Positions 23,401-32,788 of a stretch of DNA of 64,000 bases are shown in pieces. Both the position numbers and the translations under genes were made by a program. Source of the stretch: Nemertoderma westbladi (Eukaryota > Animalia > Xenacoelomorpha). The stretch's first letter is position 1, and each line of letters opens with the position of its first letter. The DNA lies in NCBI GenBank assembly GCA_032718475.1, contig JAUCBJ010002030.1, positions 8,422 to 72,421 of the forward strand, read 5' to 3'. The notes under the pieces are model-generated. The model was given only the letters and a program-made list of their open reading frames with translations. It made no database searches and was not told where the DNA came from.

Positions 23401-25944
23401 GAACAATCGGCTCAATTTTGACAAGCATGATCTCTTTGTCAGTGTGTTTTCTTGACTGTCCAGTCTCACCCTCACTCGAAAGTTGTCTGTGTTTGGGTCC
23501 CAAAAGAGCCCCAACACCTTGGTCGTCGGTAGTGGTTCGAACTCTAGGTCTATGTCACCACCTCCACGCTCAGTCGTTCCGAATGAGTCTACTAATTCGG
23601 CACTGTTTGAGGCGAATTTGGTGAGGTTAAAACCTCCGCCCGCTAAGCAGTCCCGTAATTGATGTGCTACTGTTACAGCACGTTCTACTGTGTCACAACT
23701 CTGTAAACCGTCGTCGACGTAAAAGTCACGCTCCACAATCCTAATTATCTCTGGGTCATATAAATGTTTCTGATCCCTAGCGGCTTGTTTTAGGGCGTAC
23801 ATCGTACAGTTTGGGCTGTCTCTGGCACCGAAAACGCGAACTTGCATTTGGTAAGTCGCCGGTGGTAGACTTAAGTCTCCTTCCGGATACCAGAGGAACC
23901 TCAAACTGTCTCTGTCTTGCTCTAACGCTCTCACTTGGTGAAACATAGCTTCAACGTCACAAGTAAAAGCTACTTGACGCTGACGGAAGCGCATAATCAC
24001 CCCCATAAGATAATTATTCATGTTTGGTCCATCCATCAACTCGCTATTGAGGGACATTCCCTCAAACAGAGCCGCACAGTCATTGACTACACGTACTTTG
24101 TCTGGTTTGTCGGGGTGTCTCACATAGTGATGTGGCAGGTAGTATGTCTGGTTAGTCACTATCTCTGGGTTAGTCATTCGGATAGCGTATCCCTTAGTCA
24201 AATACGTCTCCATCTGAGTGTTGTACTGCAGATGGGCTTTCTCGTCCTTTAATAGACGTTGCCGTATTGAGTGTAGACGTCTTAAAGCTAGTGGGTAGTT
24301 ATTTATAAGTTTAGGACTTTGGCTACGCCATAACATCCCCACCTCATAATGTCCGTCTTTCGCCTGGCGGATAGTATCTTCCATGATCCTCAAAGATTGT
24401 TTCTCCTGTTCCGACATACATGGTTCGTAGCTACCAGGTTCAGCTGTATCTTGTTCTAACCACCTGATAGTCTTCTCCGTTAATTCTTTGTCCAATGCAG
24501 CTTGTTCCACTTGATGATTTCTCAACGCGTCATCATCGATATCGACGGGCATTGTTGAGGTTGTTGGGGTAGGTAGACTCGCAAGCCTTCCGGCGTTATC
24601 ATCTGTCGTCGATGGAATCTCTAGCTGACTCGTCTTCTCCCCAAGTTCTAAACTCACCTGGTGAATTAGCTGCTCCTTGTGACTTATCTTACTAGTTACA
24701 CGTCTGTCATGTTTTGTATGTAAGGTAGTATGGTCCACGTCGTGTGAAAAGGAATGAATTGAATTTGTAGTTAATAAACTACATGTACTTTGTACATCGT
24801 CTTCCTCGTCACTTATGTCCAGTGTGCGCACAGGCGCTCGAGTATACCACCCTATCGGCGTTCTACAGGCGTATGCGTTTCCCGCTACGACTGCCGATGG
24901 TCTGGTTTCCCACACTTGATGTAGGTTGAATTGGTCTGTCCCGATCAGCATGGCTACCGATCTATAATTGACAGGACATTCAGGTACACCAAGGTGTCTG
25001 AAATATTTACGGTCCTCCAAGGATTGTTCTGGGACAGGACCTAGTAGGTTACTAAAGTCTTTGGTGGCCACAAAAGTCAAATCCTTGAAGGGTAACAAAG
25101 ACCTCTCCTTTTCGCTGTGTTGCGATTTTGGAAGAAGAGTGTCTAAGTTTAACTTAACTCGTGTCACTGGTATTGCACGTTGTCCGTGCATACTACTTAC
25201 GGTGTAACTGACGCGCTTACCTTGTCTGAGATCCGTCACTACATCAGCTATCTGCTCATCCACGTAGCTGTGAGATGAGGCTGAATCCAGGATAGCGTAG
25301 ATTCTCTTGCTCCCCTTTGTGCCAGTAATCTTAATTGGAATTACGCTGAATCCCTTTAGTTGGTCAGTCGTCAGAAGCGCGATCGATGGTTGGTCGTCTC
25401 CATCAGAATATACGTCGTCGTCTTCTGACTCTTCGTCCAACGATCCGGATTGTTCTGAGAAGCAATCCTTGATATGTGTCACAAAGGTTGGAGTCGTTTT
25501 CGATTCTCGATTTTTGTAGGCCGCATCACATCTCGCTGCTGCTTCCGGGTGTTCCCTGGCGAAGCGTTTTGTTGGCGTGTGGCTGTCTGTGTGGAGCAGA
25601 CCGTCGTGGTTGTGTCCACAGGATGGACAAGTGTTGGTATTTGGGCAATCTTTGCGAACGTGTCCGTGTCGCGTACACCGCCAACAAGAGTCCAATGGCC
25701 GTATCTGCAGCCGTCGTTCTTCCGAGTTTAACTCGCGAAACTGTCGACAACCTCTCAACTTGTGACCGATATACCGCTTGCCTAAATGCTCGCAGTATTG
25801 GCAGCCGCTGAAGTCGGTACCGAGTTGCTGTCTAGTCTGTTTTGTCCCAATGGGCGCAGATACCCTACTACCGTCCGAGAATTGTCGGGTTTCCGTCGGT
25901 GTGGCGTAAGTGGCCGTCTTGGTGGATGTTGTCTGGGGTTTTTG
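20479..25944 (-). CDS. pol: E1 NC-Pol: three BEL zinc knuckles, aspartic protease, RT, RNase H, integrase (in frame with gag, after a single TGA)
   Basis: CWRCTRHGHVRKDC, CPSCGHNHDGLLH; ILDSAS; YYLPHH, CDVEAMF, FYVDD; CFSDAS, RAELQAA, WTDA, NPAD; H...H...CIIC, GIDCFG, SDQGTNF, WERLIRS. Frame is open from 25944. Confidence 0.95.
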   Translation of the reverse strand, partial: QKPQTTSTKTATYATPTETRQFSDGSRVSAPIGTKQTRQQLGTDFSGCQYCEHLGKRYIGHKLRGCRQFRELNSEERRLQIRPLDSCWRCTRHGHVRKDCPNTNTCPSCGHNHDGLLHTDSHTPTKRFAREHPEAAARCDAAYKNRESKTTPTFVTHIKDCFSEQSGSLDEESEDDDVYSDGDDQPSIALLTTDQLKGFSVIPIKITGTKGSKRIYAILDSASSHSYVDEQIADVVTDLRQGKRVSYTVSSMHGQRAIPVTRVKLNLDTLLPKSQHSEKERSLLPFKDLTFVATKDFSNLLGPVPEQSLEDRKYFRHLGVPECPVNYRSVAMLIGTDQFNLHQVWETRPSAVVAGNAYACRTPIGWYTRAPVRTLDISDEEDDVQSTCSLLTTNSIHSFSHDVDHTTLHTKHDRRVTSKISHKEQLIHQVSLELGEKTSQLEIPSTTDDNAGRLASLPTPTTSTMPVDIDDDALRNHQVEQAALDKELTEKTIRWLEQDTAEPGSYEPCMSEQEKQSLRIMEDTIRQAKDGHYEVGMLWRSQSPKLINNYPLALRRLHSIRQRLLKDEKAHLQYNTQMETYLTKGYAIRMTNPEIVTNQTYYLPHHYVRHPDKPDKVRVVNDCAALFEGMSLNSELMDGPNMNNYLMGVIMRFRQRQVAFTCDVEAMFHQVRALEQDRDSLRFLWYPEGDLSLPPATYQMQVRVFGARDSPNCTMYALKQAARDQKHLYDPEIIRIVERDFYVDDGLQSCDTVERAVTVAHQLRDCLAGGGFNLTKFASNSAELVDSFGTTERGGGDIDLEFEPLPTTKVLGLFWDPNTDNFRVRVRLDSQENTLTKRSCLSKLSRLFDPLGFISPIILQARIYMRSIWKDGLTWDEPISSDQVDLWKTWEAELSSLEDYSIPRVYFPLQTTFPDNLELHCFSDASDNGFGVAAYLRRQVDSEEFDVSLITSKAKTMPTKYMTTPRAELQAATLSTTIVNLIQTELQSSLQIFYWTDATLVLFYINNDTLEFKTFVANRRAEILDRSIKEDWRHCPGPQNPADIASRGMMPEEFCKPENKEFWQHGPQFLQRSTLNWPPLYDNKSNTIPKDAEIKKPKKGKAKKKTAAKLKKKPKAKWKDITSKVKRGRLASLSTPDISPDGQLDTLLDSQPDILPDISQNVLPDTSDILTNSEAAVSLLERPCIDKLPNLTHLSNRKHGETSCITDVGSTYANVNTGVTLRSRDIPNLQPMVRPGINVGRKISLPKPSDPIEFKPPLTIDLQSTDNQGKKTKKDKLLVDPDGSTVNKGILTGGPVGPSSKSKPSKISIDLPDDVTNTHVDRIVNLTDSWTNACRKLAWIVRFVQYVKGKRDFTRRLTLAEIDRCEIKLIRHYQLRYFAREFTSINQGQPIKSSPILSWSPIIYNGLICHKSRLQNIDFNTNFRYPIIIPQHHELQRAMILDAHLHLKHAGRHHCLSYLRTRFVLIRPSKALSSVTRTCIICKKVHSRIGTQEMSELPQARLQAFRPPFTETGIDCFGPIHTKRGRILVKRWGLIFTCMSSRAVHIERVMDLSTNAFILALRRFIARRGLVKCLYSDQGTNFVGARNEIARAFKKLDHDQISNELRPYKIVWKFNPPDSPWRGGVWERLIRSIKTAMAKVILVNHILTDDQLTTLFVEIEAILNTRPIVLVPDDKQSQFALTPAHLLMQAPTTLTPISIPIESDSYGRKAWKITQLLANKFWEIWQNHYLPSISARTTWYNNTRALKPGDHVLLAEVNLKRRFWITGVILDTHPSMDGVTRTVTVRTIDGRTVDRPTQRLVLLEETRNDSGDYKSPPNISK

Positions 25945-28900
25945 TCAGTTTGAGGATGGCAAGGTGATTCCTTCTGCCACGATGTGCTGGTCAGTGTAGT
26001 TGGATTGAGTTTCTACCACTGCCTCCCTGGATATCAAAATGTACACATCCTCCAGTTTTAAGAATCCATCCCGCTCTTCTCGCTGGTATTCGATCTTCCT
26101 CCACTCCCGACGAAGTCGATGGTGGAGTCGTCCTATGATCTTTAATAGGACTGTAGGGGTATTCCCGTAGTCAAGTTGTCCAATGGATCTCAAAGTAGTG
26201 ATAGCGTTCTTTATCTCGTCAGCCAGTTTCAATAAGTCTACGGGTTTAGTAATAGCCCCTCCCTTACAGAGTTCCTCTATCACTGACCTGGCCATGCTGA
26301 CTGTACCTCTGTAGATCGAAGTTAAACGATCGTACGCTAGTTCGAAAGCGTCCGGTACACCAACAAAGGTCTCCGCCAAACGTTTAGGTTCTCCTGACAA
26401 CGTTTGAAGCAGGTAATTAAACTTCTCCCGTGATGTAAAGGCGCACACGGCGATCTGAGATTCGATATAGTCTACGAAAGTGTGCCAGTGTTTTGAACTA
26501 CCGGAAAACTTCGGTGGTTGTTGTACCGGCAATCCCTGTCTGGCTGCGAATTTCGCTATCTCCTCGGCAACGTTCAGAATTTCGCGTCCTTGGTTGGTAA
26601 TCTGGTTGATATCCCTTCTTGGCGCTTTTCCCTGATACGATGTGTGTTTTGAAGGTACCGGTCTTTGTGGTTCCTTCGGGTGTCTATTGTGTTCGAATTC
26701 AGTGTTCCTCGAACTATCGGTTTGAACTTCCTCCAGACGTTCCTCAATCTGAGCCAACTTGTTAACAACTGGTCGCAGGATGTCGGCGAACTGTTGTATA
26801 CTGATTGCGTCCGTTGGTTGTAACGCCTTCTGTGTTGGTGTATTCTGTGGAGGATTGTCTACAAAGGAGTTGTCTGAACGCTCGCGTTTATATTCATCGG
26901 CCGCCCCTGTTCTAAATACCTCGCGTTTCGGGTAATCCGATTCGCTCGAAGTACTACTATCATCTGGATATGGTGGTCGACATGTTCGCGTCCGTTGCGT
27001 CGTCCGAATTCTAACGTTTCGCCTCGGAACATCGTCCACTGATCTCCGCTGCTCGGTAGGCTCACAAGTCTTCCTTGAAGTCGTAGATTGCGATGTAAAC
27101 TGGTTGAACGGTCGCATATCCACTGGTCTCCGTTGTTCGGTAGGCTCACAAGTCTTCCTCGAAGTCGTAGATTGCGATGTAAACTGGACCGGTGGTCGAA
27201 TAGCCGCCTTTGAATCAACTGGCCTTGTAGGCCGAAATGTCATTGGGTATTCGTAGTGTGTAACCGGTTTAGGTGTCAAAGGTGGACTCACGTGTTTTGT
27301 CGTTAGTAGTGCAGGTCCGGTCAATAAACTACTACGATCTGTAATCGGTGGGTTACTTACCTTGACTTTCAGAATAGGCGACGACGTTGCTCTTGGCGGT
27401 GTAAACTTGTCCGGAATAACAAACCTGTGTTCCGTCGCACCATGGATAGGAGAAATATCACTACTACCCGCAATCGAAACAGGTTTCTTAGTTGTAACTG
27501 GTGCGAACATAGGGGTTACTTGAGGGAATCTTTGACATAAGTCTTTAACTAATTGTCGTTCCCGTCCGGGTGCTCCTACGCTTCCTTCCTTCTTCCGTTC
27601 CTGAATTTGGCGATGTCTTACCTCTAACTGGTCCAAATCATGTCCGTCACGAGATCTCATTGATCGATCGCGGGCCTTTTGATCCAGATCCTCCTCGGCG
27701 TTCGCTAATTCTCTCGCCTTCTTCTCGAGTTCAAAATGAAGTTTAGCTGTCTTCTCTCGTTGTTCCGTTTGTTGTCGTTGCGCCTCAAACTCCGCTTGTC
27801 GTATAGCGGATTGAGCTTTTATTTGCCGTGTTTTCATTTCGGCCCGTGCTTCCGAAACTAATCGTTCTCGCTCTAATTCCGCCACTGCCGTTTGTCGCTC
27901 TAGTTCTGCCATTTGTCGCTCTAATTCCGCCGCTGCCGTTTGTCGCTCTAGTTCGGCCGCTGCCGTTTGTCGCTTTAATTCTGCCGTTTGTCGCTCTAAT
28001 TCCGCCGCTGCCGTTTGTCGCTCTAGTTCTGCCGCTGCGTTTCGTTGCGCTAAATCAGCCGCTGCCGTTCGTTGAGCAATGTCTACCTCTAACCTTTCTA
28101 CTTCAGCTGCTTCTAATTCAGCTTGTTCCTGTAGATGAGAGATTCTCGCTACATTCGCAACGCGTAGCTTCTCTTCTTCTGCTGCTGCCTGCATCACTAG
28201 AAGTTGAGCTTGTTCCTCCATTTCTCGTCGTTGTCGGTAGAATTCTTGCTGTTGTCGAGCAACTTCTGACGTAACCATACTTCCCTCGCCAATTTCGCTA
28301 CGAATACTTACCAACGATTGATCCAATATTCCCGTTGCCGATTCGATTCGTACGGGTGAAGTTTCCCTCGTATATTCCGGCACGGTTTCCAAATCGCCGA
28401 CGTCGACGCACATACGTAAGTGATCCGTCAGGTGTTTCAATTGTCCATCCAGTCGGTACAGTTCCTGTTCTTCCTCGGGTTGTAATAATTCGTCCGAAAC
28501 TGACTCACCTAACAACTGGTCCGCTTGTTCCTGTTGTATCTGCCTAATCGTCGACTTAAACTGAATCAGTTTCTCTCTAGCGATCATTAGTTTATCGAGG
28601 ATTCTAAGTTGAGTATCCATGTCCTGTCTCTGTCTAGCTAGATCTTGTAGACCAATTAGGTTATCTACGGACTTGTGTACTCTACTTTGTACTCTAACCT
28701 GGAGGGTGTAGAACTCGAATCGAGACATCGGAGCGGTCAACTCGTTTAAAATGCGTTGGCCTTCTCCAATACTCCTGGTTATATGCGCCATGTATCCGCC
28801 GACGCTTCTAACCACACTCTCCTGACTTCCTGCTGAACTTACCATGTCTGTTTCCCTGTATCTAGGTTGTGGAACAGTTAGAAAGTCCTCGGTCCTGCCG

Positions 28901-29073
28901 TCGCCTCGTACTACGGCATCCGGTACTCCCGTTGGATGTACTGGTGACGCACACGGTGTAGGTTCGGTAGGCTCGCGAGTCTTCCCCTGTTGTTCTTCCG
29001 CTGCTGACTTATCTCCGTCGCATGAGTCATAGTCGGTAGGTGTATTCTTCGTATAGTCTTGTTTGTCACTCAT
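25945..29073 (-). CDS. gag: E1 Gag (1042 aa; coiled-coil TAAAELERQ repeats, BEL capsid-like region)
   Basis: PPKFSG..W..F...EKFNYLLQTLSGEPK...AYDRLTSIY motif typical of BEL/Pao Gag; lies after the 5' LTR. Confidence 0.92.
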   Translation of the reverse strand: MSDKQDYTKNTPTDYDSCDGDKSAAEEQQGKTREPTEPTPCASPVHPTGVPDAVVRGDGRTEDFLTVPQPRYRETDMVSSAGSQESVVRSVGGYMAHITRSIGEGQRILNELTAPMSRFEFYTLQVRVQSRVHKSVDNLIGLQDLARQRQDMDTQLRILDKLMIAREKLIQFKSTIRQIQQEQADQLLGESVSDELLQPEEEQELYRLDGQLKHLTDHLRMCVDVGDLETVPEYTRETSPVRIESATGILDQSLVSIRSEIGEGSMVTSEVARQQQEFYRQRREMEEQAQLLVMQAAAEEEKLRVANVARISHLQEQAELEAAEVERLEVDIAQRTAAADLAQRNAAAELERQTAAAELERQTAELKRQTAAAELERQTAAAELERQMAELERQTAVAELERERLVSEARAEMKTRQIKAQSAIRQAEFEAQRQQTEQREKTAKLHFELEKKARELANAEEDLDQKARDRSMRSRDGHDLDQLEVRHRQIQERKKEGSVGAPGRERQLVKDLCQRFPQVTPMFAPVTTKKPVSIAGSSDISPIHGATEHRFVIPDKFTPPRATSSPILKVKVSNPPITDRSSLLTGPALLTTKHVSPPLTPKPVTHYEYPMTFRPTRPVDSKAAIRPPVQFTSQSTTSRKTCEPTEQRRPVDMRPFNQFTSQSTTSRKTCEPTEQRRSVDDVPRRNVRIRTTQRTRTCRPPYPDDSSTSSESDYPKREVFRTGAADEYKRERSDNSFVDNPPQNTPTQKALQPTDAISIQQFADILRPVVNKLAQIEERLEEVQTDSSRNTEFEHNRHPKEPQRPVPSKHTSYQGKAPRRDINQITNQGREILNVAEEIAKFAARQGLPVQQPPKFSGSSKHWHTFVDYIESQIAVCAFTSREKFNYLLQTLSGEPKRLAETFVGVPDAFELAYDRLTSIYRGTVSMARSVIEELCKGGAITKPVDLLKLADEIKNAITTLRSIGQLDYGNTPTVLLKIIGRLHHRLRREWRKIEYQREERDGFLKLEDVYILISREAVVETQSNYTDQHIVAEGITLPSSN

Positions 29074-29872
29074 TTCGGTAGTTGTAAGTCAAGTAAAGTG
29101 AGTGTCAAAGTATCAAACTTACCATATTTTATCTAAACGGTACTAATTACAGTCATATAAAATTAGCCTACCGGCCGATTTTATAGCAGATGGATAAAAT
29201 TAGCCTAAACGGCCAATTTTACAGCAAATAAATGTCACGGAATAAGTATATAATAAAATTAGCCTAGCGGCCAATTTTATAACAAATAAATCGGATAACG
29301 ATATGCGTTATCAAAAGGTAAATTAAATACAATAATACGGACTAATTCAGCAATGAACAAAGAAATCGTACGGAATGCATAAATACTTGAGGCAGTGGAA
29401 CCCACAATAATTTTAACTAATACGGTAATGCCTAACTTATTTATGCAACTTTTCGAACTCACCCACTCCAATAATTCTCCAGAAAAACAGATTCCCAGAT
29501 ACAAACCGGACGTGAACCTTTCCGTTTTTAACGTTGCGGACGAAGCGCGATTTTCCCAACCAAAGTTGTTGAGTTATCTATCTCCCAAACTTGCTAAACA
29601 CGGTCTTGCTCCCGTTACAGTCTAGAAATGAGTTCTGAATCCTGAAAAAACAAAAGAGTTAGGTTTTACTTTTTACGAAAATTTTGTACCGGTACAATAT
29701 GGTATTTAAACCCTTTTAAACACCGGTATTCAATTCCAAAATATTTTACACGCGGTTCAAATCAAATTTTTATTTCAAAAAATTAGCACTTAGCTAATCA
29801 AATACAAATTTTTACCTCAAAATACAAAATTTTCAAATAACTTTAGTCCTACCGAACCGTAGTTCAGTAAAA

Positions 29873-29883
29873 CATATTCCTAC
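29873..29883 (-). promoter_or_regulatory. E1 PBS-position sequence GTAGGAATATG, complementary to the element's own LTR (30911-30921)
   Basis: 11/11 reverse complement starting at the first base after the LTR; no TGG tRNA PBS nearby. Confidence 0.75.
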
Positions 29884-32706
29884 TAATGCGAAGAGACAGT
29901 AACAATACCTGCAATATCCTACTGTAAAGTTTGTGAATCAAATCATAAATCCGACCTTCTCACCAAACAGTAAACTCTAAGTAAGCGAATATATTGCAGT
30001 ATCGATCTCTTATAACCGGTGAGGCAGAAAACAGTCTACGAGCAGACAAACTTCGATAAAACAAAATCCCGCGCAGCGAATCCTAAAATCAGGCTGACTC
30101 ACTGACGGACTAAAGGGCTCGTATACTTTGCCGCGGTGTGATTTATATGGTTGGGCAAAGAGACGCTAGCTAGGTACAGAGGCAGAGATTTGGAGATGTC
30201 TAACTAGCGGGCAAAACACAGTAAGGACGAAAGTTAATTTTATATATTTTGAGGTGTAAATAATTTCTAACGCGCGTGTGTTAATTCTGAACGGTCAAAA
30301 GCAGTTTTGCTCCTTCACATATATAATTACTGGGTACGGTGTGCATTTTACGAATATTCTAATTTTGTAACTTGTAGGTCCAATACTCACGAATGATAAG
30401 GTTCCTTCCCCTCTTGCGTATTTCCAGGACTCAAATTCAGGCATAAGGTTAATGCTATGCCCAGAATTCGGCAATTTTAATTTACCAGGTCCCTAATACT
30501 AAGAAGAAATGTGTTAGTTTACTACAGTAGGCGTACGGTTACGAATAGCTATCCTGGCTCTTATCTAGAATTTTAGTCACCTAGGTAGGCTGGGTAACTT
30601 CCTATCAGGACGTTGGCGGGGACACGGTAGATGTTAGTATATCCCTAATAGCCTCAATTTATTTGCGCCTAGTTGTAAACTGCCCTACCGCCTGAACGGT
30701 ACAATCCCAATTCAGGTGAAACACAGCAACCCTCCTAGCCTACAAGTTCTAATGCAATGGACACCATTGTACTGCAAATAGTCGCAAACGCACCTGTACT
30801 TAGCAAGAGTTAGGCGTACAGTTTGCTGCACCCTACCAATGTGTATGCTTCGTACCGGCGTACCTACGTCCTATCTGCGTACTAGTATCTGCCTGCTCTC
30901 TCCCTCCCCCGTAGGAATATGAAGGTCTACTGTGGTTCTTTCCTGAATCAAGACAGTACAGTCCCTAAGATGTAATTTTAGGCTCACAGCGTGTCACTAC
31001 TTCTACCTTTGATCTTTGGTCTTACGCTTAGGTAGCAAGGCGTCGAACGCTGTCTAACCTTTCAGGCGATGGGCGAATAACTAAGGTGGTATTGCGGGTT
31101 GTCTCCTGTCTACATTCCCTTGATGTTCCCGTTCATTGCTGCGGCCCGATCTCTAGCCGGCCATCCTGTTCCTAAGAGTGTTCACCGTAGTGAATCATGG
31201 TGAAAAGAAAAGCAGATAGCAGTATTTCTGAATTTATTGCAGATAATAATACAAAATGTAATCTGAAAACTAATGACAGAATAAACAAGATTGAGTAACT
31301 AATAAGATTAGATAGATTGCACTGAGATTGATAACTAATGAACAAATCGCACCTTTATATAGCAAATTTGTGCTGCAATCAATCGAGAAAATTCTCGATT
31401 GTTCTATAGGTTCTAACAGGTTTTTAAAGATAGCTATTGGTCCAGCTAATATATAACTTGCACGACATTGGATACAATCTAATAACTGCAGTCTCATTGG
31501 TTAATCTAGGTACAAACAAATGCAATGGAGCCACTCCACGAGGCGAACCGCGCGGCACTGCGGGCGGCCACAACAACGCCACTCGAGATCGCCCGTCTTA
31601 ACGTTGTTGACGACCCGGTATCCGGTTGTTGGCTGGACGCTATTCCCATCAGCTCGCTAGGGCTGAAACTCACGGACTCCCAGTTCAGGGTTTCTGTCGC
31701 CACACGCCTCGGTTGCAAGTTAACCGAACCCCACAGGTGCTCCCGGTGCGGATCCGAAGTAAAACCGGATGGTCTCCACGGACTATCCTGTGTGAGAAGC
31801 GCCGGGAGGCTGCCACGCCACTCTATGTTAAACGACATAGTGAAACGTGCATTGGCCTCCTGTGGGGTTAGAGCTCGCCTTGAACCGGTCGGGTTGTGTA
31901 GGGCTGATGGGAAGCGTGTCGATGGCGTTACCCTCGAATCGTGGAGTGGGGGCCGGCCGATGACTGGGATGCGACCGTCGTCGACCCCCTCGCTCCCAGT
32001 CATCTCGCCCAGAGCATGCAGGCCGGCCGCCATGTTGTCGAGGAGGCGGAAAACTCAAAGATTAAGAAATACGAGGAACTGACCGTCCGAGGGAGCTACC
32101 TCTTCTACCCGGTAGCATTCGAGACCTTCGGTCGGCCCGGTCCTGAGACGGCTGCATTCCTTAAGGAGGTTGGCCGACGCCTCCACGCAGCCACTCAGGA
32201 GCCGCGATCCCATCGGTTCCTCCTCCAACGTCTCCTCGTAGCCATCTTGATCGGCAACACGGCCTCCATCCTCGGCTCCATGGACCCTCTGTCCGACGGC
32301 CTCTACGACGAGGTTTTGTCGCCAGCTGCCCCCGCACCCCCCACTGACTCAGCGGGTTAGACTGATCTTGAACTTTTGTATATAGTTAGGTAGGTAGTTT
32401 ATATTAATTTAGTTAGTGTGCCTCATTGTGCTATAAGAAAATAATGCAATTTAATTTGTAGCGGTTAATTTAAATGAGTTGAAATTCTGTACAAAAAATA
32501 ATTCGCACTTACTAGGATTCGAACTCAATACCTACTACACATATAATTTCCAACGCTCTACCGACTGAGCTACTGAACCACTTGACTAAACGTCGTACAA
32601 TAGATATAATAAATACAAATGAGGACTCAAAGTAATCTTTTACAAAGTTAATTCGAATAAAATAAAATTTTGAAAATCCACGGCATTTAGGGAATATAAT
32701 TCTATA
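29884..32706 (-). repeat. E1 5' LTR, interrupted by a 916-bp CRE-like insert
   Basis: Matches 13302-15200 at offset 16582 before and 17506 after the insert. Confidence 0.95.
31527..32442 (+). mobile_element. 5'-truncated CRE-like non-LTR retrotransposon (zinc knuckle + restriction-like endonuclease), frameshifted
   Basis: CSRCG...HGLSC, RHSMLND, DGKRVDG, WDATVVD, EEAENSKIKKY, FYPVAFETFG; 8-bp TSD AATGCAAT at 31519-31526 and 32443-32450; absent from the other LTR. Confidence 0.88.
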
Positions 32707-32788
32707 TAGGGAACAATAGCACTATACAACGAATAATAATAAAAGCAATACATGCAATTATAAGAAAGAAAATAAAAAATATGACTCA

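Larger units (their letters stand above)
13302..32706 (-). mobile_element. E1: full-length young BEL/Pao LTR retrotransposon with gag, pol and an extra ORF3 (18481 bp without the CRE insert)
   Basis: Two 1899-bp LTRs (about 7 substitutions seen by eye), 5-bp TSD TAGGG at 13297-13301 and 32707-32711, BEL-type PR-RT-RH-IN. Confidence 0.96.
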
